A DNA stretch of 64,000 bases from Sphaerodactylus townsendi (lineage: Eukaryota). The stretch lies in the NCBI RefSeq assembly GCF_021028975.2, contig NW_025950352.1:682001-746000 (forward strand), given 5' to 3'. Positions 15,001 through 25,540 of this stretch are shown here, piece after piece; the stretch's first letter is position 1, and each line of letters opens with the position of its first letter. A program made the translations under genes and the position numbers. The notes below the pieces were generated by a model. That model was given only the letters and a program-made list of their open reading frames with translations. It did not search any database and had not been told where the DNA came from.

Positions 15001-18000
15001 GGGACTCTCAAGCAAGTGCCCCATCCTCCATTGTTTCCAACCGGAGCTAATAGGAAGATGGGGGGGCTACACCTTCGAGGGTCCATAACCCTACCCTTGG
15101 GCCAAACTTCACAAACCTGGATGTATTATCAGGAGAGTCCTCTTATTGATAATTAATTAGGTTTTAGGAAAGCTATTCAGGGGTCCAAAGCTATGGATTC
15201 CCAAAGGGAGTGCCCCATCCTCCATTGTTTTCAATGGGAGCTAATATGGAAGATGGGGGGTTTTCACACCTTTATGGTCCATAACTTTCGACCCCTTGAA
15301 CCAAACTTCACTAAACCTAGGTGGTATCATTAGGGAGAGACTCCTAAATATTATCCTGTTTTGGTGCCTCTGAAGCTTAACAATTGCACCCTGACAGCAG
15401 AGCAATTCCCTGAATTTTTCCAGATTCTCGATTTAAATCCACCCTCTTAGGCATGGATTTAAAGTGGAGAACTTGGAGGTCCCTAGTTAAGAAGAAGAGT
15501 TTGATTTATCCCCTTTTCTCTCCTGTAGGAGACTCAAAGGGCTTCTTTACAATCTCCTTGCTCCTTGCTCCTCTCTGGCCAAAACACACCCCGTGAGGTA
15601 CTGAGGGAGTCTGAGAATCCAGCTGTGACTGGCCCAAGGTCACTCCAGCTGGCATGTGTGGAAGTGCACATAGGCTAATCTGAAATTCCCAGATAAGTCT
15701 TCACAGCCCGGGCGGCAGAACTCAGGGAAACCCGGTTCCTCCAGATTAGAATGCACCTGCTCTAAAACCACTACGCCACATTGAAATGATGCCGTTTCAG
15801 GGTGGGGATGAAATCCACCCTTAAACAGCATCACTTTTCATCGTTAGCTTAATCCAGGGGTCTCAGATTCTCCCTTTAAGGTGGATTTCCAAAAGGAGAA
15901 TTTGGGCCCCCATTTAAATTCTACTGAAAGTGATGCTATTTGGGTGTGGATTCCAGCATCACAGCAGCTGCCCGGGGAGGGGGGGGCACAAAACCTGTGA
16001 TTCTTTGCACCAGGCTCCATTTTCCCTCTATGCCTCTGCCCAGAGGGAGGGCAGGGGGGCAGGGCAGGAGTCTGCCATCCTCCCACTCCTCGAGAGCTGC
16101 TTTGCCACTAGGCCAGGGCGGCTTGGGGAGGCTGGCTGGCTTAGGGGCGGTGGGTGTGTCTCCCAATCCCCCCCATACAAAAAAATCTTAAGTACCTCCA
16201 CGCCCCGGGCTCAATCCAAGATGATGGTTTCAGCCTTTAAAGCACCAGTCCTCACAAAACTTGCTTCCTTCCGATTTCAGGTTTTCCCACTAACCTGGGA
16301 GTTCCCTCTGAGTTCCCTCACTTGCCCTCGGCCCCACTGAGCTGCGCACTTCTTCTTCCTGGAACTCTGCTCTACAAGCTCCAGGCGCAGTGGGTGGTGA
16401 ATAACCTTTGCACTCCAGATTATGGACTACTTATTCCTGCATCAGCCCCTGCCAGCATGGGCTACATCTGGCTATTGCTGGGCTCCAGAGCATAGACTAG
16501 CCCATAGTTGTATTTCAGCCTATTGAGAATCATGATAGGGATTTTAGGGTAGAAACACACAGAATCCAGGAGCGATTACTTTTGATTGGCTGGCCATCGC
16601 CAAAAAGCTGACATCCCTCCTGATGAAGGACGACGCGCTCATCCACTTCCACGACCGCTTCGTACAGGACCTCCGGCACGGACACGGCCTACACCACAGG
16701 GGCAGAGAGAAGGTTTATGGCTACCAATCTTGATCCTCTTTGATCTGAGATTGCAAATGCCTTAGCAGACCAGGTGCTCAGGAGCACCAGCAGCAGCAGC
16801 AGAAGGCCCTTGCTTTCACCTCCTGCAGGTGAGCTCCCAAAGGCCTCTGGTGGGCCACTGCGAGTAGCAGAGAGCTGGACTAGATGGACTCTGGTCTGAT
16901 CCAGCAGGCTAGTTCTTATGTTCTTATGGTCCAGGGGAAGACACGCAGGACGAAGTCAACCGTCAGTCAATGCTGGACAGCCGGGGGGTGGGTGGGTGGA
17001 GTTAACCTTCCTCAGGCCACAGTACAGATATGCAAGGAACGCTGCAGACATCCAGAGCACCAGCTCTTGTGAGCAGGCTCTTGAAGTTATGCACACGGAC
17101 GGAACATCCCTTTCCTGCTCACAGTTCAACACTAAATGAACAAAGGCCTGGCCATTCTCCTATGGCTGGGTGGAATACAGCCAGGCAGTGAAAGGGTGTT
17201 AGGAGAAAATATCCACCCCACCTGTCCCAAGGATGCTGCCCAGACCTTAGAGGTGAGCCCCAGGCCTGCAAACAATGAGAATTGCAAACAGCTGCTTTCA
17301 CAGGGGGGAGGGGCTGCTGATTCCCTTGTGTGCACATGGGTGGGGGGAGGGGGCACTTTGGCAGGTGTGGGAGTTTCCACAGGATCCAGTCGTGGAACCT
17401 CACTCCACGGCCATCGTAAAGAGTGATGCCGGCAGCCGAGGCGCTAACAGAGGGGTCGGCCACTAAACAGAGGGGGACACGTCACCCACCCCAACAGAGC
17501 CAGGTCCCCTGACTGACCCGACCACGGGGGTAGAGCAGCTCCCAATACAGCCCCCACCCAGCACCCTCCTTCAAGTGCTGGGTCCCAGGAGAACTTCCTG
17601 CTCCCCTGCTGACCATCCTCACTTCAAAGGCGTTAAGCAAGTCCTTGGAGTGTTGTCAAAGGCCTTCTCGGCCGGATTCAACTGGTTGTTGTGGGCTTTC
17701 CAGGCTGCGTGATCGTGGTCTGGTAGCTCTCGCTCCTAATGCTTCACCTGCACCTGTGGCTGGCATCTTCAGAGGTGTATCATAGAGAGAGGTGTCCTAT
17801 AGTAACAGTAAGCAGGTAACAGACTTCTCTCTGTGATAGACCTCTGAAGGTGCCGGCCACAAATGAGGGCGAAACGTTAGGAGCAAGAGCTACCAGACCA
17901 CGGCCACACAGCCCCCCGGAAAACCCACCACAACCAAATCCTTGGAGGATGGATTTATCAGCCGGGCCTGAGCAGAACTTCCAGCTCCAGCAGCGGCAGA

Positions 18001-19640
18001 CCCCTGAGGCCCCGGGGGGAGAGGCCAAGAGGCTTTCTGCCCATGGCTGGCTGCCGCTGAGCTCCCTGGACTCTGCCCCGATCCAGCCAGGCAGTTACTT
18101 ATTCCCTGCTGCTGGGGCCAGCTCAGAGGCTCCCTCGCAGCGCCCCCCCCCCCTCAGCCTGCTGCCCCTCAAGGGAGCCAGAGCTCTTAAGGACAACTGG
18201 GGCGGCTGAGAACCCCCTGCCCCACGGGGGGAGGAGGGGAGACGGGGTCCAACGCAGCCTGGCCCTGCTGGAGAAGGCGGGAGATGCGCAGCAATCCCAT
18301 TCAAAAAGGCAGCCCAGTAGGGTTGAGCGAGGGAGGGGCTGTGGAGCTCTCTCATTTGTTCCAGTGCATTGGAGTGCTGGGGAGGAGGGACACCTGTGCC
18401 CTGCGTGCCTCTCCAAATCGCTCCCCACCTCCACCATCCAATCCCCACAAGCTTAGCTTCAGGGGCCCCTCCGCCCCCCACCAGAAGGTAGGGGATGTTA
18501 CAAACTGGAGAAAAAGCTGAGCAAAGTTCCCGGGGGAAGGGCCCTGCCCCAGAGAGAAGGGTGCTCGAGGGGACCCTGCGCAGAAGGAGGGGGCCGCTGC
18601 GCACTGACCAGGTCGAAGATCTTGGGCCGGGCCTGGGTGCCCACGTACAGCAGGTCCCGGAAGCCCTTGGTGATCAGCAAGGCCAGCCGCTCGCCCTTCC
18701 GCTCCAGCAGGGCGTTCGTGGCCACCGTGGTGCCCATGCGGATCCACTCGACGTGCGAGGTGTCCAGCGGCTGGTCTTTCGGGAACGGGGTGCCACACTC
18801 CTGCGGGAACAAAGAGCTAGGACTCACGTAAGAGCCACCACCACCGGTCCCCCCCCCCCCACGGTGGCTGTCCAGAAAACACCTGCTTGACCCCAGGAGT
18901 CCTGGGGGGGGGGGGACAGCAGCGGGACAGACAGCGCCCCCGCAAACACCCTTCAAGGGGCATGAGGCCAGTCTCGGACTCCTCCAGCCATGCTCCTGCC
19001 AAGAATTTGGCCCCAGGGAGCCAGCCAGCCCCCCCCCCCCAGCGCCCAGCGTTTAGCAAGGGAAGTGGGGGGGGCTCATCCAGCCATCACCCCCCCCTTT
19101 TCGCCACAAGCTCGTTGTCGACGGGGGTGTCGTGCGCAGCAGCAGGTGAGAGGCCGCCCCAGTGAGGGCCCTGCCACCCGCCTCCTCGAAGCCCACCGGG
19201 GGCCCTCCTCCTCATTCGCTTCGGGTGCCGCCGGGGCCATTCCCTCTTTTTTGTCCGCCTGCCTGCCCGGGGTCTTTGGGGGGAGGGTCTGGTTCCAGGA
19301 GGGGAGTCCTGGGCTTAGCTGCCTAACCACTACTCCGCACAGTCACAGCCTCCTCCGCCCCCCGGGGAAAGCCAGTGCCAGCTCGTCCCTCGCCGTGGCG
19401 GCGAAAGCCTGGGCGGGGGGCCGGGCGGGGGGGGGGTCTGCAGCTGCCCCGGCCGGTCTCTCCCACCTCCTGCAGGATGCGGCGGATGCCCTCGGTGGGC
19501 GCGTCGCGGTAGTTGGCGGGGTCCTCGGAGAGCAGCTTCAGCACGCGGACGCGCCCGCCGAGTGCCCGCGCGCCGATGACGTCGGTGAAGGTGCCGCCGC
19601 GGTCGATGGCGAACTGGAAGCGCGCCCCCGGGGCCGCCAT
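1..19640 (-). CDS. OPLAH: 5-oxoprolinase (ATP-hydrolysing), 5' 18 coding exons; gene continues beyond left edge
   Basis: Exons in transcript order, bounded by GT/AG: 19467-19640 ([20 protein letters not shown]...EGIRRILQE), 18609-18800 ([16 protein letters not shown]), ~16580-16688 ([16 protein letters not shown]), ~14223-14368 (frameshifted), 11627-11822, 8715-8880 (FMRSDGGL...SGPAGGVVG...GFDMGG), 8383-8521 (TSTDVSRY...[10 protein letters not shown]), 7921-7988, 7570-7823 (TVTDANL), 5916-6028 ([11 protein letters not shown]), 5131-5301, 4490-4627, 4261-4399, 1870-1982, ~1528-1703, ~1249-1429 ([14 protein letters not shown]), ~372-487, 1-59 (ASRGHH). Phases are consistent for the clean exons; exons 4 and 15-18 carry indels. 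Confidence 0.95.
602..725 (-). mobile_element. Partial SINE (5' part), same family
   Basis: Matches the head region of the 2286-2590 element. Confidence 0.7.
2286..2590 (-). mobile_element. tRNA-derived squamate SINE (Squam3-like), full length
   Basis: Head carries A box and B box (GGTTTGATTCC) and the element has a (CTT)n tail. Near-identical copies occur elsewhere in the window. Confidence 0.8.
2755..3040 (+). mobile_element. Old L2-clade LINE fragment
   Basis: [11 protein letters not shown]...SKALH, a degenerate version of the same motif. Confidence 0.55.
3222..3812 (+). mobile_element. 5'-truncated non-LTR retrotransposon 3' end (RTE-X/L1-like)
   Basis: AT-rich, with a degenerate C-terminal zinc-knuckle-like HQLLCCP and an AATAAA + (TAT)n tail. 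12-bp target-site duplication AAATAATAAACA (3210-3221, 3813-3824). Confidence 0.65.
4647..4930 (-). mobile_element. SINE, same family, abutting the OPLAH exon 12 acceptor
   Basis: Near identity to 2286-2590; (CTT)n tail at 4647-4666. Confidence 0.8.
6218..6657 (-). mobile_element. CR1 LINE 3' fragment
   Basis: ORF2 C-terminus (TRTRGHPLK...[17 protein letters not shown]) and (TTCTTATG)n tail. Confidence 0.85.
8935..9434 (+). mobile_element. hAT-type non-autonomous DNA transposon
   Basis: Ends CAGAGGTGAGATCC / GGATCCCACCACTG; shares both ends with 10425-10816. Confidence 0.7.
10425..10816 (+). mobile_element. hAT-type non-autonomous DNA transposon
   Basis: TIRs CAGAGGTGGGATCC / GGATCCCACCACTG; perfect 8-bp TSD GGAGGAGC. 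Confidence 0.85.
12404..12520. mobile_element. Palindromic hAT MITE (internally deleted)
   Basis: TIRs and perfect 8-bp TSD ATATATTT. Confidence 0.85.
13278..13857. mobile_element. AT-rich insertion with ~105-bp inverted arms and 14-bp flanking direct repeat
   Basis: 13280-13383 vs 13706-13813 inverted; GCTTCT(G/A)CCACAAA at 13264-13277 and 13858-13871. Confidence 0.6.
14750..16010. repeat. Unclassified repeat with internal tandem subrepeats, containing a SINE
   Basis: GTGCCCCATCCTCCATTGTTT...GGAGCTAATA unit occurs twice (~15017, ~15210); error-rich sequence. Confidence 0.4.
15490..15780 (-). mobile_element. SINE copy (error-rich) nested in another repeat
   Basis: Degraded match to the 2286-2590 element. 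Confidence 0.65.
16712..16928 (+). mobile_element. CR1 3'UTR fragment
   Basis: Reverse complement of 6218-6420, ending TTCTTATGTTCTTATG. Confidence 0.8.
17652..17935. mobile_element. Penelope-like terminal repeats, inverted pair
   Basis: Same unit as 43758-44565 in head-to-head arrangement. Further fragments at ~23395-23530, 34050-34220 (GPAA1 3'UTR) and 37295-37457. Confidence 0.65.
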
Positions 19641-19863
19641 CGCCGCCCGTCGCAGCCGCCCGCACCGCCACCCGCACCGGCTGCAGCGCGGAGAAGCCGA
19701 GCCGGGGACGCCGTCGAGGAGCCTCTGGCCACGCCCCCACTCCCTCCGGCCACGCCCCTTCTCCCCGACACGGGGCGGTGCTCTCTCTCCCCGACCGCGC
19801 AGGCGTAGTGGCGCGGGGCATGCCGGGCGAGGTAGTCCTTCGCGGGGCGGGCTGGGCGGCAGC
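19641..19863. promoter_or_regulatory. Compact bidirectional CpG-island promoter between OPLAH and EXOSC4
   Basis: 223 bp between divergent ATGs in a CpG-rich stretch. Two GGCCACGCCCC KLF/SP boxes (19727-19737, 19748-19758), further GC boxes, and an NRF1-like GCGCAGGCGT (19797-19806). Confidence 0.75.
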
Positions 19864-21298
19864 ATGTCGGGGCTGGAGCTGCTGTCGGGGCAGGGCTTCC
19901 GCCTGGACGGGCGCCGGGCCGGCGAGCTGCGGCAGGTGCGCGCCCGCATGGGGGTCTTCGCCCAGGCCGACGGCTCCGCCTACCTGGAGCAGGGCAACAC
20001 CAAGGCGCTGGCCGTCGTCTACGGGCCCCACGAGGTGAGACCCCCCCCCCGCAGGCGGAGCACCGGGAGGGGGGAGGGAGGGAGGGCGGGGAGTCTTGGT
20101 GAGGGGCTTCGGAGTCTCCCCAACCCCCCCCCTTCTCGGCTGGGGTCTCCGGCCCGTGATGCCCCCATCCTGACCCCCCCCCGACTGGCTGTCCCTGACC
20201 CCTCCCCCCCCGGCAGATGCGCGGCTCCCGCAGCAAAGCGCCGCCGGACCAGGCGCTGGTCAACTGCCAGTTCAGCATGGCCACCTTCAGCACGGGCGAC
20301 CGCAAGCGCCGGCCCCACGGAGACCGCCCCGCCGCCGAGATGAGCCTCCACCTCAAGCAGACCTTCGAGGCCGGCATCCTCACCCGCCTCTACCCCCGAT
20401 CCCAGATCGACATCTACGTCCAGGTGAGCGCTGGAGGATGGCCGGGGGCCGGGCTGGCAGTGGCGGACCCCCCTGGCTCTGGAAACCCCAGACCCACCGC
20501 TGGGACTGGCTGCAGGGCTCTGTCCTGGGGGCTGGTGTGCCCCACCTCACCCCGAATGCAGGGTCTGGAGCAGCCCTTGCCAGGGGTCCTGAAGACTGAC
20601 CCTGGACCCCACGGCTGGGAGGGCTGCTTCTCCCCCGCCCCCCTTGCAGGCAGCTGCCCTCTGCCACACACCGGGCTACAGTGAACTGCAGGAAAGTAGA
20701 ACTGGCGAAGTGCCAGGCCTTGCTGTGCCCTGCAGCTTCCACGTAGGAATACTGCCAGCAGCCACCAACCCAGCACAGGGCTGCTCTGGGCAGTCCGAAA
20801 GCCCAGGGGCGCTGGCCGGGAGGGGGGGGGGTGTCCTTGGTCCAGCAGCCTCCACCCTCTCCCGACTGCCTCTTTTTGCAGATCCTGCAAGCCGGGCCGG
20901 TCAGGAACTACATGCCTCGTGGAACGCGAGCCACCCTGGCGTGTCATCGACGCCTCGGCGCATCCCCGGAGCGCGGATTACGCTTATGCGTTTTAAACGC
21001 TGCCTCGCCGGCTTCGCCGGAAGGTGACGCCCTTGGCTTCGACCTAAATCTGCTACGTGGAGGAAGCGTCAAGGGGGCCCCAGCTGGCCCTGGCTGCTGC
21101 CCAGGAGATCAAGACTGGTAGATGCAGCCCTGCCTGCTGGAGATGAACGCCCGGCTGCACGAAGACCACCTGGAGCGCATCCTGGAGGCCGCCAGCAAGG
21201 CCTGCAGAGACGTCTACGCCGTGCTCGACCAGGTGGTGCGGGAGCACCTGCAGGAGGTGACGGCAAGCTGCTTTCGGCAAAGTAGCTCCAGCCCCTAG
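19864..21298 (+). CDS. EXOSC4: Exosome complex component RRP41
   Basis: Exon 1 19864-20034 ([57 protein letters not shown]). Exon 2 20217-20423 ([22 protein letters not shown]...[11 protein letters not shown]). Exon 3 from 20882 (ILQA...[41 protein letters not shown]) has several indels. Stop at 21283-21285 or 21296-21298; AATAAA at 21539-21544. Confidence 0.93.
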
Positions 21299-22441
21299 GC
21301 TGCGCCGGTCCGCTCTTGCTTGCCTCCGGAGCTGGCTGGCTCTGGTCCCGCAGCCTCCTCAGGGTCCCAGAGGGGAAGGGGGGGAGCTGTGTGGGGAGGG
21401 GGGAAGCTGGGGGGACTCTTCCCTCCCTCGGCTGCTGTGCCCCTGCCGTCTGTTTGGGAAGAACCGGTGGGGTAGGGGGGGATCTGCACCTGACTGTTTG
21501 TACAAAATGCCGTCTTCTTTTTTTATTCATCATCAAAGAATAAATATTCTTCCAAAGAAAGTGTTGAGTGCGGATTAACCCGTTGTGTAGAAAAGCTGGG
21601 AGTCATCACCTAAGAGGCCTCAGATTTTTGTCAGGTTAAAGGTCAGCGGAGCCCGCTGGGCTGTGCCGTCCTTCCCTGGATTTTATTTATTTAACAGATT
21701 TAACAGCTGCTTTTCTTCCTTACGAAGCTCCAGGCAGCTTCCAGCAGAGGCAAAACACATCACGTGAAACACACAGAAAGCATAAAAACCAAGTTTTTAA
21801 ATCATAATTCAGGACCGTTGCTAAACTTAGCTCAAGTGAGGCCTACATAAAATGGTCTTCAGCTGCCTCTTGAAGAGTCACAGTGAGGGGGTCCCGTGGT
21901 TGTGGGGCTGCCCCTGAAAAGGCCCTGTCTCTGTCCCCCTCAAAGGAGCTCCTCTGATGGGACAAAGCATTGGTCCCTCTGGCAGGCTCGAAAGGTCCAG
22001 GCCTGGGGTCTGCAACCCATGCGGCCTCCTCCAGATATTCATGGCCATGCTGGCAGGGGCTGATGGGAATTGTAGTCCATGAACATCTGGAGAGCCGCAG
22101 GTTGCAGACCCATGGAACAGCCCCACAGATGCCCCAGTCTCAAGTCTTGTCGGGCTGTCAAGATGAGTCCCAAAAGGTGGCGCTTCGGCTGGTTTGGGCT
22201 CTTGGGAGCTCCCTCGTCAGCTCACGAAAGGAGCGATCGCCAGCAAAGAGCAGGCAGGGTCTGGCTCCAGCCTGCCCAGAAGATCTGGGGGCCTTCAGTT
22301 TGACCGGTGAATCAGCCTGGGTTCAGTTGAAAATATCTGGGATCGGCCAGTCTGAGGCTCCTGCACAGTTTCTCAGAAATACTAAGCCCTCCTTAATTCC
22401 TTTCCCACCATTAGGTCTTCCTTCAGCTCTTTTAATTCTCA

Positions 22442-22590
22442 NNNNNNNNNNNNNNNNNNNNNNNNNNNNNNNNNNNNNNNNNNNNNNNNNNNNNNNNNNN
22501 NNNNNNNNNNNNNNNNNNNNNNNNNNNNNNNNNNNNNNNNNNNNNNNNNNNNNNNNNNNNNNNNNNNNNNNNNNNNNNNNNNNNNNNNNN
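22442..22590. other. Assembly gap (run of N)
   Basis: Continuous Ns. Confidence 1.
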
Positions 22591-22599
22591 AAAGTTAGG

Positions 22600-23150
22600 T
22601 CAGGAGTGAGTGTCCATCAATGATAAAACTTAATTTAAAACATCATAATATATAATTTACATAAAATAATATATGTTTAAAATACCTCAAGACTACATGA
22701 TGGAAGCTTCTCTAACTCCCTCCCTCCTCCCCTTCTATATATACCCATGGGGAGGCCACAGATGTTCTTATGGCAGAGTTGACATATCATCCCCGGCCAA
22801 TGGTCTAAACGCTTCTTTGGCGGAACAGGTCCGTTTTACAGTGCCCTCTTGAAACTTTGTAAGTCCCGCGAGGGTGACCCTGAGCTCACTCTGGAAGCCT
22901 TATTCCCACCAGGTAGGGGTCAGGAGCTGTAAAAGCCCTGAGGTCTCTTGTAGGAGTGCCAGCCGGATAGCCTTGGGGCCAGGGATCGCAGTAGGTCTGC
23001 CTCCCGACGAGCCGGAGGGAGGGCCTAGAAGGGGCGAGTATAGGGAGAGACGGGTCCCTCAGGATAAGCAGGGCCAAGGCCACGAATGGCTTTGAAGGTC
23101 AAGACCAAAACTTTAAACATGACCCGGTACTCAATTGACAGCCAGTGCAG
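22600..23150 (-). mobile_element. L2-clade LINE 3' fragment
   Basis: Minus-strand [21 protein letters not shown], similar to 54273-54622. Confidence 0.7.
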
Positions 23151-23579
23151 TTTCTTATCTCTTTGTTTCTCTTATCTTTTATGTTTCTTATCTCTTTTTA
23201 AACTCATGGAATAATAAAAACATTATCATTGAAAAAACCCCTAAAGAGGAAATCCAACCTCTCAAGTTGGCCTTGGCAGCAGATGGGCAGTCGGAGTCAC
23301 CTGCTTCCGGTGGCCTGGTCCACCCACGTTTGCACCCACGGAGGGCACCGTTCTCCTCTCCTTTGCTTAGTTCTGCATAACTAACTCTGCACTGTATTGT
23401 GGAAGGCTTTCACGGCCGGAATCACTGGGGTGCCGTGGGGTCTCTGGGCTGCATGGCCGTGTCCTGGTAGCATTTTCTCCTGGCGTTTCGCCTGCATCTG
23501 TGGGGCTGGCATCTTCAGAGGATCTGACGGCAGTCAATATACACTCCACTTGCTTTACTACCATCACTACCCCCCCCCC

Positions 23580-23984
23580 CCCCCATGCGACGGGAGACCC
23601 GCCCTCGACAGCGACGTCACCCGCAGGTCCCGCCCCAGAGGAGGCGCCGGGCACGAGGCGGGGCCTGAGTCTGCTGCCGCCGGGAAGGAAGGCGGGCAGG
23701 CCGGACGGGGCGAGGGGGCGGCGCTCCCGCAACCCCCGGGCCTCCCTCGCACGGACAGTGCCCCCCCCCCGCTTTCCAGAAGGCGTGGCCAGGGGCGGGC
23801 CTTCCCCGGTAGACTGCGCCTGCGAGCGGAGGCTCTTGCCTGCCGCCGCTTCCCCCCAACCTGGGGGCGGTGGGTGCCGGTTCTGTCAAGCCGCCGCTCC
23901 CGCCTGGAGGTTGGCACCCGGGGCATCCTTCCCCCAGTCCCTTCGCCCCGTCTTTCCGCAGCCCCCCTCCCCTCTTGAGCCGCC
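23580..23984 (+). promoter_or_regulatory. GPAA1 CpG-island promoter/5'UTR
   Basis: Very CpG-rich, with GC boxes (GGTCCCGCCCC, GGGGCGGG) and a CRE-like GACGTCA at ~23613. Kozak GCCGCCATGG at the start codon. Confidence 0.7.
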
Positions 23985-25480
23985 ATGGGGCTGCTGTCGG
24001 ACCCCTACCGCCGCCGCGCCCTCGCCCGCCTCCTGCTGCGCCTGAACACGCCGCTCTGGTAAGGGGCCGGGGGGCCGGGGGGGGGGTCCCTGGGGGCGGG
24101 GGGGCAGCTCTCCCTTCCTCCTGGGTGCCCCCCACAGCCCCCCCACCCACCCACCTCCCCTCCCTCCTGCCCCGCTGCAGCCTGGCGAGCTTCCTGGTGG
24201 GGCTGGGCTGGTTCGCGGGTCTGGCCTTCCAGCCCTTCACGCTGCGCGCCTACATGTCCGAGAACGCCATGGGCTCCACCATGGTCGAGGAGCGCTTCGC
24301 CGCCGGGGACCGCGCCCTCTCCTACGCCCGCGAGTTCGCCGCCCACAAGAGGAAGGCCCGGTGAGAGCGGGGGGGGGGGGGCGGGGGGGGCGCTTCTTCT
24401 GGGCGGGGGGGGGGGGGAGCCCAAAGGGGAAGCCGGAGCAGGTGGCTGGAAGCATCAAGAGCCATCATCTCTTAAGGCAGACCGGGAGCGGGGGGGGGGG
24501 GGCTTTGGGATCCAGGGGGGGCTCACGGAGATGGGGGGGGGGGAAGCCCGGGAATTCTTGGCTCCTGGGAGGTATCCATTCCACGGCCACTATTGCCAGG
24601 ATCAGAGTCCAGTCAGGGTGACAAGAGATGAAATTATAGACCGCTTGGGGCACATGTGTCTCAATAGTTGCTGACCCTCCAGATAAAGTTAGTGGATTCA
24701 CATGTTCTTTCATCACCCCTGCCAGCATCATGCTGGCAGGGGATGATGGGAACTGTAGTCCATAACATCTGGAGGGCCACGAGTCTGGACTCTGATCCTG
24801 GAATGTCTTGGGGAAATTTAAAAACAATAAGTTTGCAGGTCCGTGTGGCAGATATCCAAAATTCTTTTTTCCCCCATTATTATTATTATTATTATTATTG
24901 ATACAAAACAGTTACACACAGCAAGCAAGATCAATATGCTGGATTTTGTATTACATCACACGTCCGACACTTCCTGCAAGCATTATAGGACTGTGTGATG
25001 TATCGGCGCCGAATAATGCGTGCAGAGGCGAAAGCAGGGTGGCTTCTCCTTTGCAGCTGACATATGGTGATTCTTTTGTCCGGCGCCAAATTGTTTTATG
25101 TGGTAAGTGCCGTTCAAGATCTTTTAGGCACTGCGCAGTCCAATGTGCCGATTGAATTTCACTCGTGGACCACCTTTTACTGGTTTGTGCCAGAAAGTCT
25201 CTTTGTAGTTCAATCCTCGTAAATCCTACCATGATATGGTGTAAGTTTTTTTCTCCAGTTGCTTCTCATCAGTACCTGCTGTCACCAGGAATTGCAACAT
25301 CAACTATCCACACTTTCTTTTTTTCCACAATCGTGAGGTCAGGAGTATTGTGTTCCAAAACTTTGTCAGTCTGAATTCGGAAGTCCCAGAGTAGCGAATT
25401 CAGACTGACAAAGTTGAATTCGCTACTCTGGGACTTCCGAATTCAGACTGACAAAGTTTTGGAACACAATACTTTGTCAG

Positions 25481-25540
<60 letters not shown>

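Noticed and set aside
24360-24545. Long G homopolymers as G-quadruplex regulators
   Set aside because: Poly-G/C runs are ubiquitous across the window and their lengths are unreliable in this assembly.
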